From: Phoronis australis
Taxonomy: Eukaryota > Animalia > Phoronida
Direction of reading: 5' to 3'
Length of the DNA stretch: 63,643 bases
Assembly: GCA_002633005.1 (NCBI GenBank)
Contig: NMRA01000599.1
Span: 186,001 to 249,643, forward strand
Made by a program: the position numbers and the translations under genes. The stretch's first letter is position 1. The number at the start of each line of letters is the position of its first letter. Shown here in pieces: positions 53,908 through 63,643 of this stretch. The notes beneath the pieces are model-generated. The model saw nothing but the letters and a program-made list of their open reading frames with translations, searched no databases and had not been told where the DNA came from.

Positions 53908-55917
53908 ATGCTAACGATTAAGGTTGTAGGACTTTATCTGTGCCTTGTGGTGACGGTCAGCTTGATTGCTACTTCATTAGGGATGAGCGAGTACCATCTG
54001 GTGTTGGTGAAAGAAAGTATGGACACTTATAGTCATGAAAATGTCCACTCAATGCGTCATAGGAGGCAGGCTGAAAAAGAACCCATTCCCAAACCGTCGA
54101 TCACCAAACTTCATGCAACAAGCAACATCAAATCTAGATTTGCCACAACTGTCGTAACCACCGAGATGGAAAATAAGCTGCAGACAACAAATGTTGAGGC
54201 GGCATTTTATGTCCAGTTTCCGGAAAATGCGTTTATATCCAATTTCACGATGGAAGTTGGTGGTCAACTTTTTGTTGGTGTTGTGAAGGAAAAGAAAGCA
54301 GCCCAAGACATCTACGATAAAGCACGTGCTAGAAATGAGACGGCTGGGATTGTGAAGTCCTACCAGAGCCCTACTCTGGAGCCTGGAATGGACATGTTTT
54401 CAATCACAACAACAATCTCTGCCAATTCTTCTGCTTCGTTTGAGCTCACTTATCAACAACTGCTCGAGTTCAAGTTTTACTACACTCATTATCTTTATGT
54501 TGATCCCATGCAAGCCGTTCCGGATTTCAAACTGAATGTTAAAGTCGACGAGCCTCAGGGCATAAAGGAACTGAGTGTAACGGGAATCGACGGGAATTCA
54601 TTGCCCGTTGTAAATGGTGGTAAAAATATGGCTACGGTCGACTACAGTCCCAATTCAGCCTCTCAGGGATCAGGCATTAAGGGACTGGTCAAAGTAAAAT
54701 ATAACGTTAAACACTCATGCAACGCCGGTGTATTCAAAACATGCAGCTCGTTTTTTGTACATTACTTCTCTACTCCGAAAGACGACTGCTCCTTGGCAGT
54801 TTTGAATCGCAAGGTTTACTTTGTTATTGATATAAGTGGTTCCATGTCCGGAGACAAAATGACCAAGACGCGGTCTGCCATGGATATCATTTTAAAGCTT
54901 TTGAGACCTGCGGACCAATTCGGTATTGTGTTATTCGATGATGAAATTGTTGAGTGGAGATCTGGGCTCTATAGCGCCTTGGCTGACAACATTGAGAATG
55001 CCCGGTATTACTGCAGTACCAACCTGAAGGCACGCGGAGGCACCAATGTTTATGAAGGTCTACAGCGAGCTCTCCAACTTCTAAGCCCCGCAGTATCTAC
55101 GAATGACAAGCTAGCACCGTATGTGATTCTGTTAACTGATGGTCAGCCCACCGCAGGTAAGTTCACTTCACCCATCGACATACAGCGTGAGATTAAGAAG
55201 CTGAATGTAAAGAAGATACCTATTTATTCCATTGCATTTGGCGCTGGGGCTGACTTCAACTTTCTCAACGCACTGTCGCATGAAAACGGAGGCTATGCGA
55301 TCAAAATATTTGACGGCAGTTACGATCGTCAGGACATGTCTCAACAACTCCAGTTTTTCTACAGTCGTATTGCCTCGCCTGTCCTAAAAAATGTGAACAT
55401 TGTGTACCCAAAAACTGCGGTTTCCAGCAACGAGGTTAGTTATTCCGAAGTATTCCAATATTTTGACGGCTCCGAAGTTGTAATTGTGGGAAAACTCCTT
55501 CCCAGTGCACCACAAGATTTTGAAGTAAAGGTTGTGGCTTTGTCCACGTCTGGACAGAAGGAGTATACCACGTCTGTGACCAGTGCGTCATACGGTGACT
55601 GTGATTTGGTGGAGCGCGTCTACGCATACAAATGGATTAAGACATTGCTACTGAGAGCATCAATGGAAGAAGATGAAGTGAAGAAAAAGACTTTGCAGAG
55701 CGAAGCCTTGACAATGTCGCTTAAGTATAATTTTGTGACACCCCTTACCTCCATGGTTGTGGTTCAGAGTAATTCGCAAACACAGCGAGGACTAAGAGTT
55801 ATGGAGAGACGCCGTCATAAGGTCAAAACTGCATGGAGCTTGGCTGGTGGCCTTCATGCTTCCAGATTGGTAGTAATGGGATTTTCTGTTGTTTCGTTGC
55901 TTTACCATAAATTGTAG
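53908..55917 (+). CDS. ITIH: Inter-alpha-trypsin inhibitor heavy chain-like protein (signal peptide, VIT, vWA), intronless, 669 aa
   Basis: Hydrophobic signal from ATG 53908; RHRR furin-type site; VIT (SRFATTVV...AFISNFTM); vWA MIDAS DISGS...GGTN...LTDG; QYFDGSEVVIVGKL and SLKYNFVTPLTSMVVV ITIH hallmarks. Confidence 0.93.
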   Translation: MLTIKVVGLYLCLVVTVSLIATSLGMSEYHLVLVKESMDTYSHENVHSMRHRRQAEKEPIPKPSITKLHATSNIKSRFATTVVTTEMENKLQTTNVEAAFYVQFPENAFISNFTMEVGGQLFVGVVKEKKAAQDIYDKARARNETAGIVKSYQSPTLEPGMDMFSITTTISANSSASFELTYQQLLEFKFYYTHYLYVDPMQAVPDFKLNVKVDEPQGIKELSVTGIDGNSLPVVNGGKNMATVDYSPNSASQGSGIKGLVKVKYNVKHSCNAGVFKTCSSFFVHYFSTPKDDCSLAVLNRKVYFVIDISGSMSGDKMTKTRSAMDIILKLLRPADQFGIVLFDDEIVEWRSGLYSALADNIENARYYCSTNLKARGGTNVYEGLQRALQLLSPAVSTNDKLAPYVILLTDGQPTAGKFTSPIDIQREIKKLNVKKIPIYSIAFGAGADFNFLNALSHENGGYAIKIFDGSYDRQDMSQQLQFFYSRIASPVLKNVNIVYPKTAVSSNEVSYSEVFQYFDGSEVVIVGKLLPSAPQDFEVKVVALSTSGQKEYTTSVTSASYGDCDLVERVYAYKWIKTLLLRASMEEDEVKKKTLQSEALTMSLKYNFVTPLTSMVVVQSNSQTQRGLRVMERRRHKVKTAWSLAGGLHASRLVVMGFSVVSLLYHKL

Positions 55918-55966
55918 GGCCTTAAGTAAAAACTTGAGTAACAATATCTGTTCTAAGNCGCCACTG

Positions 55967-57127
55967 AGTTAAGTAATAAGTGTATTTCGTCTTCAATTTC
56001 TGAACGGTTGCAAATTTCGCAAAGTCTATCTTCCTTTGGAATGTCATGGTGCCAACCAGTTTCTATTTTCAGTTGGTGTCCAGAGCACCAGAATTTGGCT
56101 AGAATTCTACGTAGAGTTGGTGGTAGACTGTAAAGATATTCTTCACAAGATAAATTTGTTTTGAAAACAGAGTAAAATGAGCACTTGCTAGAGCTCTGCA
56201 CTGATGTCCTCCATTCTTGGGCAGCACAATCCAACAATCTTTGCTTAAATTCTGATATAAATAAATGAATGTTACCCCGTCCACTTATCCATACCTCCCC
56301 AAACCCGTATCTGAATAAAATATCTTTTACTGCACTGGCCCAATTTGCTCGTCTTCCCGCAGCATCCTGTAACTTTTCTTTGGGTATCTGGGGCTATTCA
56401 TCTGTAGAATTTTGGTCCAGTAGATTTCGGGTCTGCACAAAGTATTTCACAGATAATAAATGCCTGCCGTATTCTCCTCTGTGAAGACAACTGTACAAAG
56501 CTGGAGCCAGTTATCAATCTTTTGGAGAGGAAAATGTGTTTTACGACGAGTATTACAGTGCGACAGTGAGACCGTGGAGACCCAGGCAGGTGAAATCCAT
56601 TTTGATGATGACCTTGATACCCAATGTGCTGTTGTTAGGGTCGAGACATCAGGGAGGCAACTTAGGCTGAAGGGCAAAATTGATACTGGGGCCCAAGTTA
56701 ATCTCTTGAATACTGCCACATATAAGAAGCTGTACGGGGCCGATGCAGTCAAAAAACTCCGGAAATCCGCTGTCAAACTGATTGGTTATGGTGGTAAAAG
56801 TTTCACCAATCATGGCAAGTTTTGAATAGGTCGTGTGTGCTCCACAACGTCGTTGGACATAGGGTACCCTCTTTGTCTCAGATTTTGGAAATATTCTATT
56901 CTCGTTGAGGTTCTACAAAGCAATGAACATAGTGAAAACACTTTGCAATGAGCCCGGTACTTGCAAAGATTGTAACGGTGACTTCGACATCAGTGAAGTC
57001 AAGTCAGGAAAAGAGAATTGTGTCAAACGAGATGGACCGATCAGAGTCATCTCCACAAAGCAGGTTATTGAAGACGCCAAGGATGTTTTTACAGGAGTTG
57101 GGAAACTGAAGGACTATAAGTATAAAA
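55967..57127. mobile_element. Second copy or haplotype of the LINE-in-Gypsy junction, including the aspartic protease region
   Basis: 55967-56359 matches 42290-42695; 56911-57127 matches 42696-42912; the extra 56360-56910 holds the LINE 5' end and KIDTGAQVNLL protease motif. Confidence 0.9.
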
Positions 57128-57416
57128 GAAGATGAAGTGAAGAAAAAGACTTTGCAGAGCGAAGCCTTGACAATGTCGCTTAAGTATAATTTTGTGACAC
57201 CTCTTACCTCCATGGTTGTGGTTCAGAGTAATTCGCAAACACAGCGAGGACTAAGAGTTATGGAGAGACGCCGTCATAAGGTCAAAACTGCATGGAGCTT
57301 GGCTGGTGGCCTTCATGCTTCCAGATTGGTAGTAATGGGATTTTCTGTTGTTTCGTTGCTTTACCATAAATTGTAGGGCCTTAAGTAAAAACTTGAGTAA
57401 CAATATCTGTTCTAAG
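57126..57416 (+). pseudogene. Duplicate of the ITIH-like 3' end (identical to 55667-55957 except one synonymous change)
   Basis: 291-bp direct match, offset 1459; fused to Gypsy pol sequence at its 5' side. Confidence 0.85.
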
Positions 57417-58769
57417 AACATTAACATATTGTGTGTACGGGATGTAGCGATGTTCCCACGCCCCTGTATTTGAAATCATGTTTTTCCATAAAAGATGTCC
57501 AAGTGCTTCGCAGACAGACACATGGGCCTTTGCTCTGCTTATAGGTGCAGGTGCCTATCGCCTGTATGCACATGTCTGAGGTTGTCCATTCCTTGATTAG
57601 AAATAGCTGCTTAATTTAGTACTTGTCAACTACCATCTTTTGATTAGATAAGTTTCAGTCACATGCTATTTTAGGAAGTTGTGCTCAAATGTTTCGCATG
57701 TGAAGGTGCATGCGCCTAATGCCGGGTATAGGAACAGCTTAACATATGGGCGCATTGGCCTAAGTATGCGAAGGTTATAGCTAACCCGGAATGTGGAAAC
57801 ATCTCTGTTACCGCACTGGTGAATGAATAAACCAATTTTCTTAATCCAGTCGTCACTCAGTGGCTTAGATGAAATCTTTTTGTCACATCCAAGTCCAAAC
57901 TGGCCATCTAGACACTGTAGGCTGATCTACTGATGCGAGTTATTTTTGCCACCACCTAGTACGGAGTCCCTTCTGTTGTTGGGCAACCCTGTAGGTAAAT
58001 CCTCGTTGTTGCGTACCAGATCTAATGTAATGGACTCTCCTAAATACTTTTTCCTCCTTTGAAATAGTACTACGTGTTTGTGGAAGTAGCATTTGTCACA
58101 TGGGCCTATATGGCAGGATACTTTATGATTTATCAGAGAAAAAATTTAAATTATACATTAACAGACGATTGAACTTTTTTTCCGGAAGTGATTCTGTTAT
58201 GTAGTGTGTTGTTAGTTTCTGTGTACCGGTAATGTGGCCGTATTAATGTCCTTACTTAAAATTTTGTGACTTTCTTAGATATTCAAGTGTTTCACTTTGA
58301 TTAATAAACGAGGTTTCATCATATACGCAGATGGTAATGTAGGAAATGCATGCCGTTTATCTGCCTCATGCGCCAGTAGATTTACAAACACGTATATTAT
58401 TGGGCCGGTTTAAACACAAATTGTTTAAATTGAGAAACTGAAAAATTTGCGAGAAAGAATTGAACCGACCACTGGCGTTAGAAATCAAAGTGACCGATTC
58501 ACGTTTACCACAAGGAACTGAGTTACACTTTCGGGATTTGGCGCAGTTTTAATGTATCGTTGACTTTTCAAATTTTATATTTGCATTTTTGTCTTCGTCT
58601 GCAAAAAATTGTGGTTAGCGAGTTATTTTTTCAGAGTCTAATGAGACGCCATCGTAATAAAGACAATGCAATTAATAAGTTGGGGTTGGTTTTGTAACCG
58701 ATCATAGGTCATTAAATTTCGTGTGAACGGGTATCTGAATGTGAGAGCTATCCTTCAGCAATTAGATGG

Positions 58770-58925
58770 TTATTATTCTTCAATTGTGATTCTGTAGTAT
58801 TTTGAATGTATTGTACCATATTTTGTGACAGCCTGTGCGTGTTTGTGTGAAATAATTGTTAAGTTCCAAGATTAAAAATAATTGCAAAGCTTAGACTTAG
58901 CGGGTAGCGCTATATAAAAACTGAA
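58770..58925 (+). mobile_element. Probable L2/CR1 3'-tail remnant
   Basis: AAAGCTTAGACTTAGCGGGTAGCGCTATATAAAAA resembles the AAAGCGC...GCGCTATATAAA tail of L2-group elements. Confidence 0.4.
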
Positions 58926-60640
58926 TATATCGTTGTCATTTTTATTGTTGTCACAAACTTGCAGTTTAATAGTTTAATTTACAGGAAAAATGCGTTTTAT
59001 TTCAACTGTGTTGCGATGAGATATGTTTATTAATAAATTACACCAAACTCAGTGTTCAGAATTCACTCACTGCTCTATCGAATCATCTGTCTTGTAATTT
59101 TAAAGGCAAAACCAGCACGCTCATAAATAGATGTCATTTTGGATGTCACTGTATGTTGAAGTTTATAATTTTTCAGGCAGTGTGATAGTCATTAGCTTAC
59201 TATTTCTAATCAAAGTATTGAAACGAAAATTGCCACGTGATCTACTGCGTCACAAAAAGATGACTTCGTAGTCGGTGGCTAGTGTGCTGACTGTAGAAGT
59301 TCGTTGTGTGAAATACACTCATCCGAACGCGTTCCGTGGTTCTTCATATTCGTACTCTTCAAGGCTTGTTCCATCCACATATCAAGCATATTTCTCCAAA
59401 ATGTTCTTACAAGGCTATCTGATGCAAGATCATTTGATACAATATTCGTCAAATTCCATATGACGCCGTGTACGTGTACATTCCTACAGTGTACCACTAA
59501 AAAGATCTTTTGGCTTAGGCACAGATGTCCCGCTTTTTATGCTGAAGCCACTGTTACGTTTTTCAGTCTTTCCCGTTTTTAGTCCTTAATTGTTGAGACC
59601 GTGACAACTATGCTACAGGTGTTCAAGATGACATTGTCTCTTTTTATGAATATTGTTATTTTCCACTTTCTTTATTAACACAACAATCCATTACGGTATC
59701 ATACACTACATGTATCGGAATTGCTAATGTGCTAAATATAAATGTTTACTTTATGAAGAAAAAAGTTTTATGGAAATTCCTACACTGCAATCAATGTGAT
59801 TAGCTATCCACAGTACATTTCAAGGCAACGTGATGGATGTTTGCCCATTGTTATCTATCAGAAAACCTTTATTTTGCAAATTTCGGATAGATACTTGGAG
59901 TAGTTTAAAGCATTTTTTTTCGTAAATGTCACTGCATTCTGCATCTGAAGAATCTAATTGAATCAAAACGGCACCAAGGGTCCAATTAATTAAAATATAG
60001 TAATATGTATACTTTTGGATGAATGCCTGACTAAATCATCCACAGCACGTGTGAGGGACCCATATTCTAAAACCTGTGTCTTTATACCGCGGTAGAAATC
60101 TTTTGAATCATTGATATTATTTCCCTACTGGCTTAACTAGTCTTTTATGTAACATCTCTGGTTCATTTTCTATTACACCCTGTTATTTTTCGCATTTTGG
60201 TAACACTTGATTTTTATGCGTCCACATATTTATATGCCGTCATCCCCGTTCGTCCGGCGTCCGTTGCTCCATCTCCAAAGCCCTTTGACGTATGTTCATG
60301 AAATTTGGCAACCGTGTTTCTTTCATGGATAAGATGGCATCGTAGATTACAGAAAACAGATTCACAACTCCGACATTTTCTTGCGTATTATCCTATAGAA
60401 GCCTTTACTCTCCTAAATTATCTGTTGCAGTTTCCGGTTAGTGTATTTTGACGACACAACGTCCCACCGTGATTAGCAGACGACGTACTTGCCGGAAATA
60501 ATCCCAGATAATTTGGCCAGGTGTCGCTAGTGAATAATGATGTCATTGCTTCTGGTTAAGAGCATAGATTTCGTCCATTGTAAAAATACGGAGTTGGCGA
60601 TCCATGTACTTATAGTCTATGACGGCATGAACAAGCTTTG

Positions 60641-61787
60641 GACCCGTCCGACTACTGGTGTGCCCCCTAATGGTAATTTTAGTTTTTAACGTTTACTTCT
60701 GTATCTTCAAATGTCCTCAACGGATTTTCATAAAATGTGACATGTAGGCATCTATTAGTGAGACGAAAATGTCTTTCAGTTTTCGGATGGAGTCGAGGTA
60801 TTTTGTGCCACCTAGTGGCCATTTTTACTGTTTTACAGTCTGTTTTTTGGTGTCTGCCCCTCTATTAACCAAACCGCTCGAAGGATGATTGTGCCGGAAA
60901 GTTGGCATGTATGTTCTTACTATGAAGAGGACGGCTGACGATGATTGTCCGACTACTTTTGGGCTTAATAGTGGCAGTTTTGTTTTCTTTTGTTTTTTTA
61001 CCCATAGCTGTATCACCTAAACCGTTTGCAGAATCTTTACTAAATTTAGCAAGTGTATTTGTATGATGTTGACAATGGACATCGACGACTTTCGTACGGA
61101 TATGGATTACTGATGTTCCCTCTAGTGGCAATTTTAGTTTTTAGGTTTACCTCTGTATCTTCAAAGGTCCTCAACGGATTTTCAAAAAGATTGAAATACT
61201 GACATATGTTGGGAAAATGACGCTATTCTCCGGTTCTCGGGTGGAATCGTGCCACCTAGTTGCCATTTATGCTGTTTTCGAGTCTGTTTTTGGTGTCCAC
61301 CCATCTATCAATCAAATCATTCTAAGGATGATTTTGAAAATTGTCGTATATGTTCTCAGTGTGAAGATTACGGTTGACGATGACGACTTCGACAACTGTG
61401 GCGCCTCCTAAAGGTAGTTTTGTTTTGTTTTGTGTCCATAGCTGTATCTCCTAAATCCACTGCAGGATCTTTAAATTTAGTAAGTGTATCTATGTGAAGC
61501 TATTAACAGACGACGACTTTCAAGTGGATCCAACAAACCCTATCATGTCTCCTAGTGGCAATTTCAGTTTTCCGTTTTCCTTTGTTTCTCTGAAATTCCT
61601 TGACAGATTTTTACGAAATTTGATAAATAGCTTTCTATTTAAAAGTCATGTCATTCCCCGTTTTCGGATGAATTCGACTTTTTGCGCCATCTAGTGGACA
61701 TTTGTATGGTACACATAAACAATCCTAGAAGCGCATCGTTTGTGGTGCATCCGTGGGCGCATTTCAACGCTCCGCGTTGCACTTGTT
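60641..61787 (-). mobile_element. Copy of the ~150-bp-monomer Helentron-like family
   Basis: Reverse complement begins AACAAGTGCAACGCGGAGCGTTGAAATGCGCCC; about 8 monomers align with 20200-21060. Confidence 0.7.
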
Positions 61788-62317
61788 ATAATTAAAAATA
61801 TTGTTAAACCAGTCAGGTATGCGAAATGATAATGAATTATAAATACAATAATCTTTCAGTTTGCTTCTGATAAAATCATCAAGAATTGGCAAAGGGCCTT
61901 CTAATGATAGGACTCTTATGCTATTTGATTGAAAAACGGCGGAGTTGCGAAAAGTTTTAATAACAGTTAATTCCATAGAAAGCACACACACCAAAACAAA
62001 CGAATGCAAACAAGTCCCACATACCTAGGAATGGTACTGCCAAATCATGTCGAGAATTCATTTCATTCGGGAATGGGTCATTCCCAGATCAAATGAACCC
62101 GAGATAGGATATCATAGTAGCATTCCTATGTAAGTAGGATAACCTATTTATCCCATATATACATATATATAAACTTCGTTAAAGACACGACTAGTCTTTT
62201 TGTTATCGAGCTTGATAATGGCACGTTCGTAATTTCGGAACAGTCTCCTTTATCCTGGTGTGCAGGTATGAAGTAAAAGGCCGAGAGACATAACAAACAA
62301 ACAAACAAATAAAAACA

Positions 62318-62356
62318 GTAGCTAGTTTCGTGACTTCATGTCACATCATCAGGCAA
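62318..62356 (-). ncRNA. Degenerate minimal hammerhead-ribozyme motif (Penelope-like element type)
   Basis: Minus strand reads CUGAUGA-u-GUGAC-augaa-GUCAC-GAAAC-UAGCUA; perfect 5-bp stem II, but stems I and III pair poorly. Confidence 0.4.
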
Positions 62357-62455
62357 TGAGTGGAATGAACATATGTAGAGCGAAATAAATAGTGAAATAC
62401 ACGTGACAGCGGGAAGACAGGCATACAAGCAGATAGTGTGAATGCAACAACTACC

Positions 62456-62481
62456 GTGTGTGTGTGTGTGTGTGTGCGTGT
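62456..62481. repeat. (TG)n microsatellite
   Basis: Read directly from the sequence. Confidence 0.9.
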
Positions 62482-63643
62482 ATCATCACGGCAATATCTC
62501 GTTGCCGTGTGCTTCGGCTTGTTGTTATGTTATGTCATATATATGCCAAGCACGCACAGGTGTTGAAAAACCAGGAAAGTTTTATTTTACTAGAATTTTC
62601 AGTTTTTGAAATGTACAAGATAAACCACTGCACCATTCAATAATGTCGAAATTTTATCGGAAACTTAGAAACAATCCATCCGGGAATATAAAAATTGAAA
62701 CATTCCCTTAACACGGTTAAGTAGCAGTGCGTCGTCAAGTTTAGCTTGGATGAAGTTCTGAGATTTCTTGGTCATCTGTTTTCTTTCTTATCTCCTGGGC
62801 TGTAAATAGTTATAGATATATTTCCCCGTTTTGATCACAACACTGGAAAATAACAGTGAAAATAGTGCTGATTTGCTGAACATAAGGTAAGGACAAAAGT
62901 AGACTTTACGCTACCAGCGATGGAGACTTGAGGAACGCTACCAGCAGACGATTTCGCCAATAAAAAACACATACTCGATATTAGGTCACAATTTCCTGTA
63001 AACACCGTAAAGCTCTCTGTGTAGATATACTGTATGCATCCATTCATTGGATTTGGATTCGATTTTTCGCTGAATTAGTTGGCCGGGGACGCTATTTAGC
63101 TTGACCTACTTATGATGACCCAGATTGAAACTAACGAGATAGCCGCCTGAACACACATTCATTGGTAAATATTTTCTGATTTAGAACATTAAAACTGCTT
63201 TTTTCAGCAACGACGCCTTGGATTAATAATTTAGGTAAACCGTGCAAAGGAACGAGCTCAATCATATTTGGCGTTGTAAATGCGAATAAACTTTTTTAAC
63301 ATTACCTTGATATAGAGGAAATCCAGAGCGAGACTAACACTTTAAACTACTTCCTTTAACAGTCATAGACCCTATTCACGCCGACAGGAGGCGCATTCCA
63401 AAACGAGGCTCGCTACGATAGCTCTGTTAGCTTATCGGCATAGTTCTGTGTTTCAGACCGTGTTGTTCCGCGAACGGCTAGAAAAGATACGGACACCCAA
63501 CTGTCTGCTTCACAATCTCTTAAGACGTTGAGATTCGGAAGCGTTGGGTCGTTGCCGCGACGAAGCAAAATATGTCCGTGTAAAATTTATAAATGTTTTC
63601 GAAAAGTTAGATCATATTTTGTCGCATGTCGGTCAGTTGTTAA

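Noticed and set aside
57137-57376. Independent 79-aa gene
   Set aside because: Near-identical duplicate of the ITIH tail, starting at GTG and fused to pol sequence.

Overview
AT-rich, repeat-dense animal genomic DNA (probably a marine invertebrate; this is inference) with assembly gaps at 21061, 41034-42004, 47147 and 55958. It holds three host genes: a single-coding-exon class A GPCR (14224-15573, +), an 8-exon neutral sphingomyelinase SMPD2/nSMase1 whose exons splice in frame to 400 aa (39203-29520, -), and an intronless, C-terminally short ITIH-like VIT+vWA gene (53908-55917, +). About 550 bp upstream of SMPD2 is a full-length but decayed Ty3/Gypsy (Mag-like) LTR retrotransposon (39751-47088; CAAAC target-site duplication (TSD), tRNA-Trp primer site) carrying three nested insertions. 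The contig after the N at 55958 looks like a second haplotype or copy in which about 12.75 kb, including most of the ITIH gene, is deleted. Other repeats are a non-autonomous Kolobok-type element, a Helentron-like family with ~150-bp monomers that mostly carry a CTCF-like motif, tiny TAG...CTA hairpin MITEs with 9-10-bp TSDs, LINE 3' ends and a degenerate hammerhead-ribozyme motif. I cannot demonstrate a new biological system from sequence alone; the best leads are the apparent ITIH presence/absence deletion, the unusual ITIH architecture and the CTCF-motif arrays.
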